Assembly: GCA_963737155.1 (NCBI GenBank)
Contig: CAVTRN010000001.1
Location: 320,001-384,000, forward strand
Reading direction: 5' to 3'
Source of the DNA: Nitrospirota bacterium
Lineage (GTDB): Bacteria; Nitrospirota; UBA9217
DNA: 64,000 nucleotides
Positions 43,279 to 53,594 of this stretch are shown piece by piece. The notes below the pieces were generated by a model. It had not been told where the DNA came from. It did no database searches and saw only the letters and a list, made by a program, of their open reading frames with translations. How positions within the stretch are numbered: position 1 is the stretch's first letter; each line of letters begins with the position of its first letter. The position numbers were made by a program, and so were the translations under genes.

Positions 43279-44346
43279 ATGGGTTTTTCACGGTTAAATA
43301 TCAAGACATTGGCGCCCGAAGAACTCTGGGAAATTCTGAACCGACAGGGACTCAAGAAGTATCGCGCCGACCAGATATATAAGTGGCTGTATACCCATCA
43401 TGCCCAGTCCTTCGAGGAAATGACCAACATTGCAAAATCGGAACGAGAAATGCTGTCGCATATTTTCGATATCTCTGCTCCGTGCATTATCAGGACAGAA
43501 ACTTCGTCAGACGGCACGCGAAAGTTTCTCTTTAAACTTGATGATGGACACACTATCGAAAGCGTTCTGATTCCCGATGAAGACAGGCAAACACTTTGCA
43601 TCTCTTCCCAGGTGGGATGTCAGCAGGCATGCCGGTTCTGCCTGACCGGAAGCGGTGTCTTCACCCGTAATCTCAAAGCCTTCGAAATCGCCGATCAAGT
43701 GCTCGAAATCTCGCGTCTTCTGAAACAAAGAGCAACGCGAAGAATAACGAACATCGTGCTCATGGGCATGGGTGAGCCGCTCGCGAATTTAGAGGAAGTA
43801 GTCAAAGCACTCAAGATCATAACTTCGGAAAACGGGATGGGTTTCTCTCCCCGCCGCGTAACCGTATCGACCGCTGGCATTGCGCCGAAAATCGCAGAAT
43901 TCGGAAAGTGCGGAGTAAAGGCAAACCTCGCCGTGTCTCTGAATGCGACGACAGATGAGGTTCGTGATGAGATTATGCCCGTGAACCGGCGCTATCCGAT
44001 TCAAGCGCTTCTCGATGCCTGTAAGCGGTTTCCCTTGGAGCCGAGGCGGAGGATTACCTTCGAATATGTGCTGTTATTGGGGCTGAACGATTCTCCCGAC
44101 AATGCGCAACGGCTTGCTAAGCTGCTGGCCGGCATCAAGTGCAAAGTAAACCTCATTCCCTTTAATCCATTTCCGGGATGCGAGTTCAAAAGACCCGATG
44201 ATAGGGCGGTAAGGCGATTCCAGAAAATCCTGTTGGACCATCACTATACCGCGCCGGTGCGGGAGTCGAGAGGAAGGGATATCTCGGCCGCCTGCGGACA
44301 ATTGCGCCAGAAGGATTCGGCGGCAAAAACAGCAGAGAACAAGTAA
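43279..44346 (+). CDS. rlmN: Dual-specificity RNA methyltransferase RlmN
   Basis: SSQVGCQQACRFC, MGMGEP, AACGQL. Confidence 0.97.
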   Translation: MGFSRLNIKTLAPEELWEILNRQGLKKYRADQIYKWLYTHHAQSFEEMTNIAKSEREMLSHIFDISAPCIIRTETSSDGTRKFLFKLDDGHTIESVLIPDEDRQTLCISSQVGCQQACRFCLTGSGVFTRNLKAFEIADQVLEISRLLKQRATRRITNIVLMGMGEPLANLEEVVKALKIITSENGMGFSPRRVTVSTAGIAPKIAEFGKCGVKANLAVSLNATTDEVRDEIMPVNRRYPIQALLDACKRFPLEPRRRITFEYVLLLGLNDSPDNAQRLAKLLAGIKCKVNLIPFNPFPGCEFKRPDDRAVRRFQKILLDHHYTAPVRESRGRDISAACGQLRQKDSAAKTAENK

Positions 44347-44818
44347 AGCTCAGGTTCAATCGCAGGAAATATCTCCGCGTGATTGACCACACGGCGTGAC
44401 TCTGAACCCGGCAAAGGGTCGATATGCGTCCCTATGCAAGAGCCGATATGTGCCCCCTGGTCAGGTGGCCATTTTCAGTTATTCGAGAACTTCCCTCATC
44501 GAGACTCCGTCCTCCTTCATCTCATTTCTAGAGTTCTTCCTCAGTCCCGATGAGATCAAGCCCCTGGGTCCCGGGGCCGCAGTCTTCTCCAGAACAGTGA
44601 CGCGCGAATAGTGCTCTATCATGTCCGGGTTGATTATCTTTCTCGCGCTTTTAAATTGTATATTTTACCTCAAGGGTATAGGAAACAATAAGCGCCGGAT
44701 AAACAGTGTCAGCCCAAAGCAGTACGGACAAGACAGATGGTACCGCTGAAAGCTAAAACCATACACAGCATCGACATGCCATTCCATCCTCGTTAGCAGT
44801 CATGGGAACATTGTGCAG

Positions 44819-45508
44819 ATCGGGTAGGAGGCGGGGTCGCCCCCGCCGTCCTCCCACACCACCGTACGTACGGTTCCGTATACGGCGGTTCATGGTAGAC
44901 TAATCAAGTCCAAGTTTTACGACTTGCGGTTTAGTGTTCTCCTCTGTCGCCGCGAACGCTTGGCGCTCCCTCTCCGTACTCTGACGGGTTCCGCCCGCTA
45001 CCATCCGGGAGTCCTCCGGCATCTCAGCCTTCTTGTGTGCGTCTCCTTCGTTCGTCGGGGCTTCGGCACCTTCCCGGCCTACCATGTTCGGCGCTTCATC
45101 CAGTTGGTTGCTGGACTACTACCGCCTCTGCTGACTTCTGTCGATTCATCTCAACACCTTACGGCATCGATAGCACAAGGCAAATCGATAGATCTCCCAG
45201 GGTAAGACGCATGACCTTCATCCCATATACCCGCCGCATCTACTTCCACACCTTCTGGATGGTTATCGGGCTTTGAGTATTATCGCCCTCTCGCCCAGAT
45301 GTGGCTGCCTCATATGCGGTTTCTGTTCGTCAGGCCGGGACTTTGCTTACAGCTTCCTTCAGATTCCGGGTCGCCCCGGACACCCTTGCTGTTCGGCTAA
45401 CGGTTCCTTCCATCAAGGCCCGTAGAGGACTTGCACCTCCGAGTCACCGTTCAGACACCATATCTGATCGGCCCGTACTAAAAATACAATGCGTCATGCC
45501 TGGCATAC
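44819..45508 (-). mobile_element. ORF-less group IIC intron (690 nt)
   Basis: DV GAACCGCCGUAUACGGAACCGUACGUACGGUGGUG (44858-44891), DVI ending CUACCCGAU, 5' end GUAUGCCAGGCAUG, inserted after a terminator. Confidence 0.88.
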
Positions 45509-45511
45509 AAC

Positions 45512-45547
45512 AAAAAAGGACGAAAGATTGTACCGTCTTTCGTCCTT
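45512..45547 (-). terminator. Intrinsic terminator of che cluster; intron target
   Basis: AAGGACGAAAGA/TCTTTCGTCCTT stem plus U-tract. Confidence 0.85.
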
Positions 45548-45575
45548 CTCTCTATTTGTAATTAATTCTTTACGA

Positions 45576-45953
45576 TCACTTTTTCCCCAGTATCCCGTTC
45601 ACGACACCTAGGAGGTCTGCTGTTTGTATCGGCTTGGGGATATAGGCGTTGGCTCCCAGGGCCATGCCGCGCTTGCGGTCTTCCTCTGCGCCTTCAGTCG
45701 TTATAATGATGATAGGTATGGCCCTGTGCACCGGATCGTTCCGCACCATGGAGACGAGCTTCAGGCCGTCCATGATGGGCATGTTGATATCAGTCAGGAT
45801 GATGTCGAACTTGTGTGTCGAAAGCTTCTTAAGAGCATCGAGGCCGTCATTCGCCTCGATGATTTTGCATCCAGAAATGCGCCTTAACGCAAAGGAGATT
45901 AACTGACGCATCGTCGGAGAGTCTTCAACCACCAGAAAAGTATATTCGGGCAT
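45576..45953 (-). CDS. cheY: CheY-like single-domain response regulator
   Basis: VVEDS, TDINMP, ITTEG, KP. Confidence 0.9.
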   Translation of the reverse strand: MPEYTFLVVEDSPTMRQLISFALRRISGCKIIEANDGLDALKKLSTHKFDIILTDINMPIMDGLKLVSMVRNDPVHRAIPIIIITTEGAEEDRKRGMALGANAYIPKPIQTADLLGVVNGILGKK

Positions 45954-45966
45954 GAGTTAACCTCCG

Positions 45967-46794
45967 TTATTTTTCCTTGAGCAGGTCCAGAAAGCTTTGA
46001 ATCGTGGTGAGTTTACGCTCCGACTGCGAATAGAGCTTCGAGGAAAAGAGCGCCGTCGCCGCATGTCCCGCCAGCATGGAAAATAGTTCATAATCAACGT
46101 TCGTGAACGACTGCTTCTGAACTAGGAGCTTGTAGATGACAATGACGCCGATGACATGCTCCTTGATCTTGAGCGGGATGACAACAAGGGGGTGGAGATA
46201 GTCCACACCTGAAAGATTCGTGGGGTCTCCGTCTCGGTAAAAGGCCTCGCCGACTTTCGAGGCGGCGCCGATAATACCCTCACCCAACTTTATGCTGGCC
46301 CGCGCCTTGGGGCCCATGCCTTCCTGGGCGACGATCATCAGCTCATTGGTCTTCTCGTCGAGCATCATGATCGAGAACTCCTCGGCGCCGATCAGATTCA
46401 TGATAATCTCGAGAATGATCTTGAGAGACTCGTTGAAATCCAGCGTGGAGTGCAACTGGTAGCTTGCCACGTACAGGTTCGCGAGGTTGTTGTTCTCGGC
46501 TTCGACTTCAACATACCGGTGCGCGAAGTCCTTGTTCTCTTCTTCTACCAGCCGGTAGCGCTCGATAAGGCTCCGGTTTTCATCCTCCAAAAACTTAATG
46601 CGGTCTTCGAGGGAATGGACCTTGTAACTGCTTTCCCGGTCCGAAAACTTAGCCAAATCTTCAAGCTGGGCAAGACGGTACCTGAGCTTTTCGTTTTCTT
46701 TCAGAAGTTCCTGCGTGAACTCTTCGCCTTTTTTGAAAACCTGCAGAAACTCTTCGACTTTTTTCGAGATCGAAGCCGGTTCCTTCTCCATCAT
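45967..46794 (-). CDS. Coiled-coil plus GAF domain protein
   Basis: N-terminal coiled coil; NLYVASYQLHSTLD; GEGIIG; IPLKIKEHVIGVI. Confidence 0.85.
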   Translation of the reverse strand: MMEKEPASISKKVEEFLQVFKKGEEFTQELLKENEKLRYRLAQLEDLAKFSDRESSYKVHSLEDRIKFLEDENRSLIERYRLVEEENKDFAHRYVEVEAENNNLANLYVASYQLHSTLDFNESLKIILEIIMNLIGAEEFSIMMLDEKTNELMIVAQEGMGPKARASIKLGEGIIGAASKVGEAFYRDGDPTNLSGVDYLHPLVVIPLKIKEHVIGVIVIYKLLVQKQSFTNVDYELFSMLAGHAATALFSSKLYSQSERKLTTIQSFLDLLKEK

Positions 46795-46915
46795 ACCCTC
46801 CAGCTGCTGCTGTTCGTGAGGCCCCTGTTCCGATTGCTTCCCGTTGCCCGAAGCGGGCTGAATATTTTACGGAGAAACCATGGATCGACGTGATAAAATC
46901 CTTCAAGCGCAATCA

Positions 46916-46944
46916 ATTATAATCGAGTCCGCAATAATTATCAA
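46916..46944 (-). promoter_or_regulatory. Internal sigma70 promoter upstream of GAF-cheY
   Basis: TTGATA-17 bp-TATAAT. Confidence 0.6.
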
Positions 46945-46957
46945 GCGAGATTTCCCC

Positions 46958-48034
46958 TCAGCTCTCCACGTTTTTCGGGTTACAGCGCGACTGTATCTCC
47001 GCCGCCATTTTGCCGAGTGGAAGCGCCTTGTCGACGGCTCCCGTCCGCATGGCCTCTTGTGGCATTCCGAAGATCACCGCGCTTTCCTCACTCTCGGCAA
47101 GGCATTGACCTCCTCTCCGCTTCATGGCCACGACACCCTCGGCTCCATCCCTGCCCATTCCCGTCAACACGATTCCGAGTGCCATTGGGCCGCAGGCTTC
47201 GGCAACGGATATCATCATGCGGTCGGCCGATGGCGTATAGATGTCCTCGGCGGTGGGGGAAAGGATTCTGGCGACAAGGCCCTTCTGGTCCCGCCTGATC
47301 TCAAGATGCAATCCGCCCGGGGCGATCAGCGCCGTTCCCGCCTCCACGCGGTCGCCTTCGGCTGCTTCGCGCACCATGAGTGCCGAAAGCTTGTTCAAGC
47401 GCTCGGCAAAACTCCGCGTAAACCCCGCCGGCATGTGCTGGGCTATAACAATGCCCGCGCTGAGGTCCGCGGGAATGCGGGTCAGAATCGCTTGGAGAGC
47501 GGGCGGTCCGCCCGTAGAAGAAGCTATGGCGACAATCTCTATCGGCCCCTGATCCCGTCTTACCTCGTCTTCTTTGCGGGCGACGGGCACCGCATGCTCC
47601 TGGGACAGCAGGTCGATCGTCGACTTGACTTTCGACATTTTAAGATTGAGTACCAGATGGACCTTATGCAACAGGCCGTCTCTGACGGTTTCAATGCTCC
47701 GGGAGATGCGCGATTCGGGTTTGGCCAGAAACTCCACGGCCCCGAGCTCAAGGGCACGGAAGACGCTTCGGCTATCGGACCGCGAGGAAAGGACGATAAC
47801 TGGAGTTGGACGCTCCCTCATGAGCCAACGCAAAAAGGTGAAGCCGTCCATATTTGGCATCTCAAGGTCAAGTGTGATCACCTGCGGCGAAAGCCGAAGT
47901 GTCTGGGCAATGGCGTCGAGACCATCAGTGGCGTTGCCCACGACCTCGATCGCTTTATCGCTCTCCAGCATATGGGTGATCACTGAGCGGTTGTAGGCGG
48001 AGTCGTCAACCACCAGCGCTTTTATCTTATCCAT
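46958..48034 (-). CDS. cheB: Chemotaxis methylesterase with REC domain
   Basis: REC plus ASSTGGP, QHMP, LTGMGRDG. Confidence 0.96.
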   Translation of the reverse strand: MDKIKALVVDDSAYNRSVITHMLESDKAIEVVGNATDGLDAIAQTLRLSPQVITLDLEMPNMDGFTFLRWLMRERPTPVIVLSSRSDSRSVFRALELGAVEFLAKPESRISRSIETVRDGLLHKVHLVLNLKMSKVKSTIDLLSQEHAVPVARKEDEVRRDQGPIEIVAIASSTGGPPALQAILTRIPADLSAGIVIAQHMPAGFTRSFAERLNKLSALMVREAAEGDRVEAGTALIAPGGLHLEIRRDQKGLVARILSPTAEDIYTPSADRMMISVAEACGPMALGIVLTGMGRDGAEGVVAMKRRGGQCLAESEESAVIFGMPQEAMRTGAVDKALPLGKMAAEIQSRCNPKNVES

Positions 48035-48063
48035 AAGTCCTCTGCGCCCCGTGCGGGCCGCCG

Positions 48064-48927
48064 CTAGCTGATTTTGCTCCGGAACGGTTTCTGGTAGACC
48101 ATGTCGTTCTTTAGCGTACGCAACACAAATGCGTTCGATATGTTGATCAGGGATTCGGAATGTCCCAAGAGCAGGTAGCCGCCCTCCCGTAGCTTGTGGT
48201 AAAAGCTCTCGATCACCTTTTTCTTTGCTTCATGGTCGAAATAGATGATCACGTTCCGGCAGAAAACCGTGTCCATGTTGCTGATCAGACTCGTTTTGAA
48301 TGGGTCGAGCAGGTTCAGGCAGCTGAACGATACCAGCTCCTTGACCTTGTCGATGATCCGGTAGTCTCCCTTCTCGTCGCACGCGAAATACTTTGACAGC
48401 ATTTCGGGGCTGGTTGCGCGAAAGGCGCTCTTTTTGTACACACCTTTGCGCGCTGTGTGCAGCACCCGCTGGTTGATGTCGCTGCCGAGAATCTCGACCT
48501 GCCATTCGCGCCACCAGTCTCCGGATTCAAGCAGCAGCATGGCGATGGTGTACGGCTCTTCACCGGTGGAACAGCCGGCGCTCCAGATCCGGAGCACTTT
48601 TCGGTCAGCAAGCGCGTGGCGCAGCTCGGGAAGGATTTCTGAAGAGAAGGCCTTGAGTTGGGGGCTCTCGCGGAAGAAATACGTTTCGTTCGTGGTGAGA
48701 TTGTCGATAAGGATAACAAGCTCTTCTTCGCGTTTTCGATCATACTTCAGGAAGTGATAATACTCCTCGAAAGTTTTCAGTCGGTGCTGATCAAGTCGGC
48801 GAGAAAGCCTGCGCTCCAGAAGGTATTTTGATCCCTCATCAAAATAGATCCCGCAGTAGTCGTGAATGAAGTCCCGGAGAAGTCTGAAGACGTCATCGGG
48901 CAGCGGAATAATCTGCTCTTCGAACAT
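48064..48927 (-). CDS. cheR: Chemotaxis methyltransferase
   Basis: TTNETYFFRE, WSAGCSTGEEPY, CRNVIIYF, GHSESL. Confidence 0.96.
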   Translation of the reverse strand: MFEEQIIPLPDDVFRLLRDFIHDYCGIYFDEGSKYLLERRLSRRLDQHRLKTFEEYYHFLKYDRKREEELVILIDNLTTNETYFFRESPQLKAFSSEILPELRHALADRKVLRIWSAGCSTGEEPYTIAMLLLESGDWWREWQVEILGSDINQRVLHTARKGVYKKSAFRATSPEMLSKYFACDEKGDYRIIDKVKELVSFSCLNLLDPFKTSLISNMDTVFCRNVIIYFDHEAKKKVIESFYHKLREGGYLLLGHSESLINISNAFVLRTLKNDMVYQKPFRSKIS

Positions 48928-50916
48928 TTATCTCCCCAGGACCTCTCTGGATGCCTGACGCACGGTCATGTCCGGGTCTTCATCGGCCATCTTTGCCAGA
49001 ACCGCATCGGCCGCAGCCGATCGCTGCCGCCTCAGCGCTTCAACAGCCGTTTTGCGCACGCTCCAGTGGGGGTCCGACAAACGCGCAATAACAGCCTCCT
49101 GAACAGACTCGCCATATCCAGCCAGTGCCATGAGTACCATCTTCCGTACTTCTGGATCAGGATGATCAGCGAGCTTCAGGAGCGGCTCCCGAGCCTTCGA
49201 AGGACTGAGTCTGCCCAGCACATCCACAATTGCCAGGAGAAATATATCGGTTGCAGTCTCAAGATGTGCGACCAGTGTGTCGACCGCCTGTTCTCCTCCT
49301 ATTTCACCGAGCCCCCGGGTTGCTGCGGCTCGGACCCAGATATCTCTGTCATTGAGAAGCGGAAGCAGTGCGGTCCAGGCCCCGGCAGTCCTGCTTCTGC
49401 CCAGTGCCTCTGCCGCGAGCATTCTCACCTCGGGGTCGTCGTCGGTAATCGCGAGCAGCAGCGGGCGCAATGCTTTTTCTCCAGCCACGTCGGCCAAGGC
49501 CTGAACAACGGCTTTTCTCACGGAAGATTCCTCGTCTTTGAGTGCAAAGGCCAGCGCATCAATCGACCGTTCGTTCGAAAAAGCTCCAAGCAGGAGCGCT
49601 ATGTTCCTTCTAATAAATGTATCGCGCGTCGAAAAATCATGGACAAGACGGTCCAGCACTGACTCGTCTCCAATAGCGGCCAGAGCCTGGATGGCTGATT
49701 TCTGAACGCTTTCATATTCATCAGCCAGGAGCGCGAGCAGTGGTACTGATGCTTTTCTGCTTCGCAGGCGGCCGAGAGCGAGCGCGGCTGTGCTCCGCAC
49801 GTGACCGTTTTCATCATTCAACAAAGTGATCAGCGGTTCTTCCGCAGCCCGTGCGCCAAGATCTCCAAGAACCTGTGCAACCGTTCGGCGGACAAGTGCA
49901 TTTTCATCGGGGATATATTTTAGCAGGAGCGCGGTTCCTGCGCGGTCGAGATATTGTAACGATTGAACAACGGGCTCCTCAAGCTCCTCCTCCGTCAGAA
50001 ATGCAAGAAGCTTTCGGATGGAACTTTCCCTGCTGGTCCAACCAAGGAGTGTGATCGTAGACTTCAGCAATTCACCGCTGCTCATGAGGAGGATTTCCTC
50101 CAGGAAATCCACGGCACGCTCCGTCATCCCGGCACGCACCGCGTCGACGATTTTCCGCCGATCAGTCGCTGTGCTCTTTCGGTAAATCGCGTCAATAGCA
50201 ACGATCGATACTTCTCGCACAATCCTGAGCGGATCAGCAAGGCCGCTGACCATCGGTCCGATCGTTTCGACGTTACCGATCCTGCCGAGCGATTCAAGAA
50301 CCGGCTCCCGGAGACTGCTCCGCGACAGAGCCATGAGGAGCGGTCCCAGCGCCCGTCTATCGCCGATGGCGCCCAGCGCCTCCGCCGCCGCATAATCAAG
50401 CCAGTTCTGGTGAGAACGGACAAGGCAGGCAAGCAGGGCATCGACGGCCCGCGGGTCCCGGATTTTGCCAAGGGCCTCTGCTGACGCCACCCGGACGTTC
50501 TCGTCATCATCGGCTAGCATGTTGATGAGCACAGGAACGGCGCGGGAATCCATGATAACGCCCAGAATATCGACTACAAACTTTCGTACATCGGGATCGG
50601 GTGTTTCCACGGACCGAAGCAGGCTATCGACAGCTGGCCCTCCGATGTGAATGAGAGCCTCAATGGCTGAGTTGCGCATACCAGCATTTTCGGGAGCGTT
50701 GAGCGCGTGCAGTAGCCCATCAATAACGTGCAATCCCCCGAACGACACCAGCGCCTCAACAGCAGTCTTCCGCACCCGCCAATCGGCATCTTCCATGGCG
50801 CGGAAGAGCAGGGGCACTGCTTCGGCCCCTAGACGACCCAAATCGACCGCCGCTTCTCGACGCTCTTCGGCATCGCTGCTTCCGAGTTTGTTCCCTAGCT
50901 GCTCAATATTCGGCAT
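48928..50916 (-). CDS. HEAT/PBS-lyase repeat protein
   Basis: Many D..VR..A..ALG repeats over 662 aa. Confidence 0.92.
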   Translation of the reverse strand: MPNIEQLGNKLGSSDAEERREAAVDLGRLGAEAVPLLFRAMEDADWRVRKTAVEALVSFGGLHVIDGLLHALNAPENAGMRNSAIEALIHIGGPAVDSLLRSVETPDPDVRKFVVDILGVIMDSRAVPVLINMLADDDENVRVASAEALGKIRDPRAVDALLACLVRSHQNWLDYAAAEALGAIGDRRALGPLLMALSRSSLREPVLESLGRIGNVETIGPMVSGLADPLRIVREVSIVAIDAIYRKSTATDRRKIVDAVRAGMTERAVDFLEEILLMSSGELLKSTITLLGWTSRESSIRKLLAFLTEEELEEPVVQSLQYLDRAGTALLLKYIPDENALVRRTVAQVLGDLGARAAEEPLITLLNDENGHVRSTAALALGRLRSRKASVPLLALLADEYESVQKSAIQALAAIGDESVLDRLVHDFSTRDTFIRRNIALLLGAFSNERSIDALAFALKDEESSVRKAVVQALADVAGEKALRPLLLAITDDDPEVRMLAAEALGRSRTAGAWTALLPLLNDRDIWVRAAATRGLGEIGGEQAVDTLVAHLETATDIFLLAIVDVLGRLSPSKAREPLLKLADHPDPEVRKMVLMALAGYGESVQEAVIARLSDPHWSVRKTAVEALRRQRSAAADAVLAKMADEDPDMTVRQASREVLGR

Positions 50917-51442
50917 GTCCTGCCTCCTCCAGTGCCGAACGTTCCTGCTGGTTCAGAATTTTGGCGATATCCACGATAATAATGAGCCGTTCGCCCATCT
51001 TGCCCATGCCGCTGATGAAATCGACCTGTTCGCCGGTGGCCGCCCCCGGAGGTGGTGCGATCTCTTTCCGGGGTATATGCAGTACTTCCTGAGCGCCGTC
51101 CACGACAAGGCCCAGCAGTTCCCTCTCGCGTAGTCCTGCGGCTGGAATGGCACCTTTCGTAATCAGCATGCGCATTTTCCGCGGCTCATTGCGGATCTCC
51201 TCGAGGGCAAAGCGCTTCCGAAGATCAACAATGGGAATAATGACACCGCGAAGATTGACCACGCCCTCGATGAACTTAGGCATCCGGGGAAGGGGTGTTA
51301 TCTTTTGTGGACGAACAACCTCGGTAATTGCATGGATATCCAGTCCGTATTCCACGGATCCGACGTGGAAGGTCACGATCTGTACAATGTCTTCAATGAC
51401 CGCTGCAGCTTTTTTTTCTCTTTTTTGCAATGCGCTTCCCAT
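50903..51442 (-). CDS. cheW: CheW adaptor
   Basis: GVVNLRGVIIPIVDL, GLVVD. Confidence 0.93.
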   Translation of the reverse strand: MGSALQKREKKAAAVIEDIVQIVTFHVGSVEYGLDIHAITEVVRPQKITPLPRMPKFIEGVVNLRGVIIPIVDLRKRFALEEIRNEPRKMRMLITKGAIPAAGLRERELLGLVVDGAQEVLHIPRKEIAPPPGAATGEQVDFISGMGKMGERLIIIVDIAKILNQQERSALEEAGHAEY

Positions 51443-51467
51443 GAGCCTTGCCCCGAACCCCAGTCTT

Positions 51468-53594
51468 TCATGTTCTGAATTTTTCGATTTCCTTCTTGAG
51501 CTTCTCCGATTGAATGGCCATCACATCCATCGCCATATGCAGACCTGAGGCCAAGTCCGCGTTCGCTCGTGCGATATTCTTGATACGCTCGATAGCCTTC
51601 ACGATCATGTCGCTTCCCGCTTGTACTTCGCCGGTAGCCCGGCTTACCATGCTGATCTTGCCGTTCATGTTTTCCGCGGCAACGGTGATGTTTTTGCTCT
51701 CCTTGGTCTGCTCCTCCGTCGAGCCGACGACAAGACGTGTCAATTCACGCATTCGATGCGCCGCGCGCGTGATTTGTTCACTGCCGGACTTCTGCTCCTG
51801 CGCGGCTTTCGCGATCTGGTGGGTCATCTCATTAATTTTGTCCACGGCATCGCTCACTTTCCTGATGCCCCTGGCCTGCTCACTCGCCGCCTTGTTAATG
51901 TTCTTGCTCATATCGCGGGAGACATTGGCGCGCTCCCTGATTTTTTCGAGTGCTTTCCGGGTGTCGCGCGCGAGCCGCACACCCTCTTCGACCATGGACA
52001 CCTCTTCCCGCATGACCCCAACTGCATCCCGCGTCTCTTCCTGGACGGAGCCGATCAACGCGGTGATTTCCTTCGTTGACGCAGCTGTCCGGTTTGCCAA
52101 CTCGCGGACCTCCGCGGCAACAACGGCGAATCCCCTGCCGTGCTCCCCTGCCTGCGCCGCGAGGATCGCTGCATTAAGCGCCAGAAGTCCGGTCTGGTCC
52201 GTGATGTCCTCGATCACGGTCAGGATGGTACCAATGCTTTCGGCACGCTCGCCCAGGCGGTTTATTACGTCCGCCGTGCGCCGCACCGTGGACTCGATCC
52301 GGTTCATTCCGTCGATGGTCTTTTCGATGGAACGCATGCCGAGCTGCTGAGCATCGGCCGCAACAGCTTCCGCCAAGGAAGCCGACTCATTCGCGTGGCT
52401 TTCCACTTCCTTCACCGATGCGCTAATCTCTGATGCCGAAGCCGCGGTTTCCTCCGCAGCGGTGGAAAGGACCTCAACATTCTCGGCAATCTGGCGCATG
52501 GCTGCGGACATCTGCGTGATTGCCGCCGAGGTCTCCTCGATGGACGACGACAACTCGGACATGGTCCGCGCAACTTCGTGGATCGAGGTCACCATCTCAA
52601 CGATGGCGGAGGATGTCTGCTCGGAGGTCATGGAGAGATCGTTGACACTCCCCACTATCTCCTTGAGGGAAAAATGCATCTCATTAACCGACGATGCCGC
52701 CTCCTCCACGGATTCCGCCTGCACTTTGCTGCCCGACGATATTTCCCCGGCAATCTCCTTGACCCCTTTCCAGACCTCGTCGGTTTTTCCAGAGGCTTCC
52801 CTCACGTTCGCGATCATCCCCTTAAGCCCGATGATCATGCGGTTCAATCCTCTCCCGAGCATGCCGATCTCGTCCACGGAGGACACATGGAAGCTCTGCG
52901 ATAGATCGCCGGATGCAACATTCGACGCCACAGCCACCGCTTCCGTCGTCGGAATGACGATCTTTTTCCGCACCATCAGGTAGATCATGGCTGCGATTAC
53001 GAGAATGATCAGCAGGCTGGTCGCCGCCAGAATTAGGACGATCCCGATCGTTTCCCTTCGGACGGCCATCCGCGAGAAACCCATGGTGACCGAGCCAAGC
53101 CGGGTGTTCCCCATTTTAACGTCGACCAGCACCTCGATTGGGTCCAGTTTGACTCGCGCATGCGCCACAAGGACGGACATATCATCTGATGGCTCCTGCT
53201 TCAGGAAGCTTTTTACTTCCGGGCGGGTCATGTTGAAGCTCGTATAGGCACTGTTCAGGATCGTGTTCCCGGAATCCTCGACATAGGTGTAGAGCACGTC
53301 CTTGGCTTTGCCCGCTTCGGCCACGAGACTGTCGAGCGCCGTAAGGTCCCGGTGAAGCAATGGATCGGTGCTGGCATGCCCCAGGAACTGCCCCATCTCC
53401 TTGCCGCGTGTTTCCAGCGCCGCGTACTGTACTCTCATCATGATACGGGCAACGAAAATAGTTCCTATCAACATGATGACAGAAACAACGATAGTCATGG
53501 TGATCACCAGCTTGTACGCCACGCTGGCATCGATGGGGTCCCAGATAGCTCGTCTGAGCCTCTCACGGAAAAGCATTTTGCTTTTCTCCGTCAT
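51468..53594 (-). CDS. Methyl-accepting chemotaxis protein (2 TM, HAMP, extended signalling domain)
   Basis: [27 protein letters not shown]. Confidence 0.94.
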   Translation of the reverse strand: MTEKSKMLFRERLRRAIWDPIDASVAYKLVITMTIVVSVIMLIGTIFVARIMMRVQYAALETRGKEMGQFLGHASTDPLLHRDLTALDSLVAEAGKAKDVLYTYVEDSGNTILNSAYTSFNMTRPEVKSFLKQEPSDDMSVLVAHARVKLDPIEVLVDVKMGNTRLGSVTMGFSRMAVRRETIGIVLILAATSLLIILVIAAMIYLMVRKKIVIPTTEAVAVASNVASGDLSQSFHVSSVDEIGMLGRGLNRMIIGLKGMIANVREASGKTDEVWKGVKEIAGEISSGSKVQAESVEEAASSVNEMHFSLKEIVGSVNDLSMTSEQTSSAIVEMVTSIHEVARTMSELSSSIEETSAAITQMSAAMRQIAENVEVLSTAAEETAASASEISASVKEVESHANESASLAEAVAADAQQLGMRSIEKTIDGMNRIESTVRRTADVINRLGERAESIGTILTVIEDITDQTGLLALNAAILAAQAGEHGRGFAVVAAEVRELANRTAASTKEITALIGSVQEETRDAVGVMREEVSMVEEGVRLARDTRKALEKIRERANVSRDMSKNINKAASEQARGIRKVSDAVDKINEMTHQIAKAAQEQKSGSEQITRAAHRMRELTRLVVGSTEEQTKESKNITVAAENMNGKISMVSRATGEVQAGSDMIVKAIERIKNIARANADLASGLHMAMDVMAIQSEKLKKEIEKFRT

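Noticed and set aside
44900-45561. Small ORFs in the intron region
   Set aside because: They lie within intron RNA structure; the 61-aa one is at most an IEP stub
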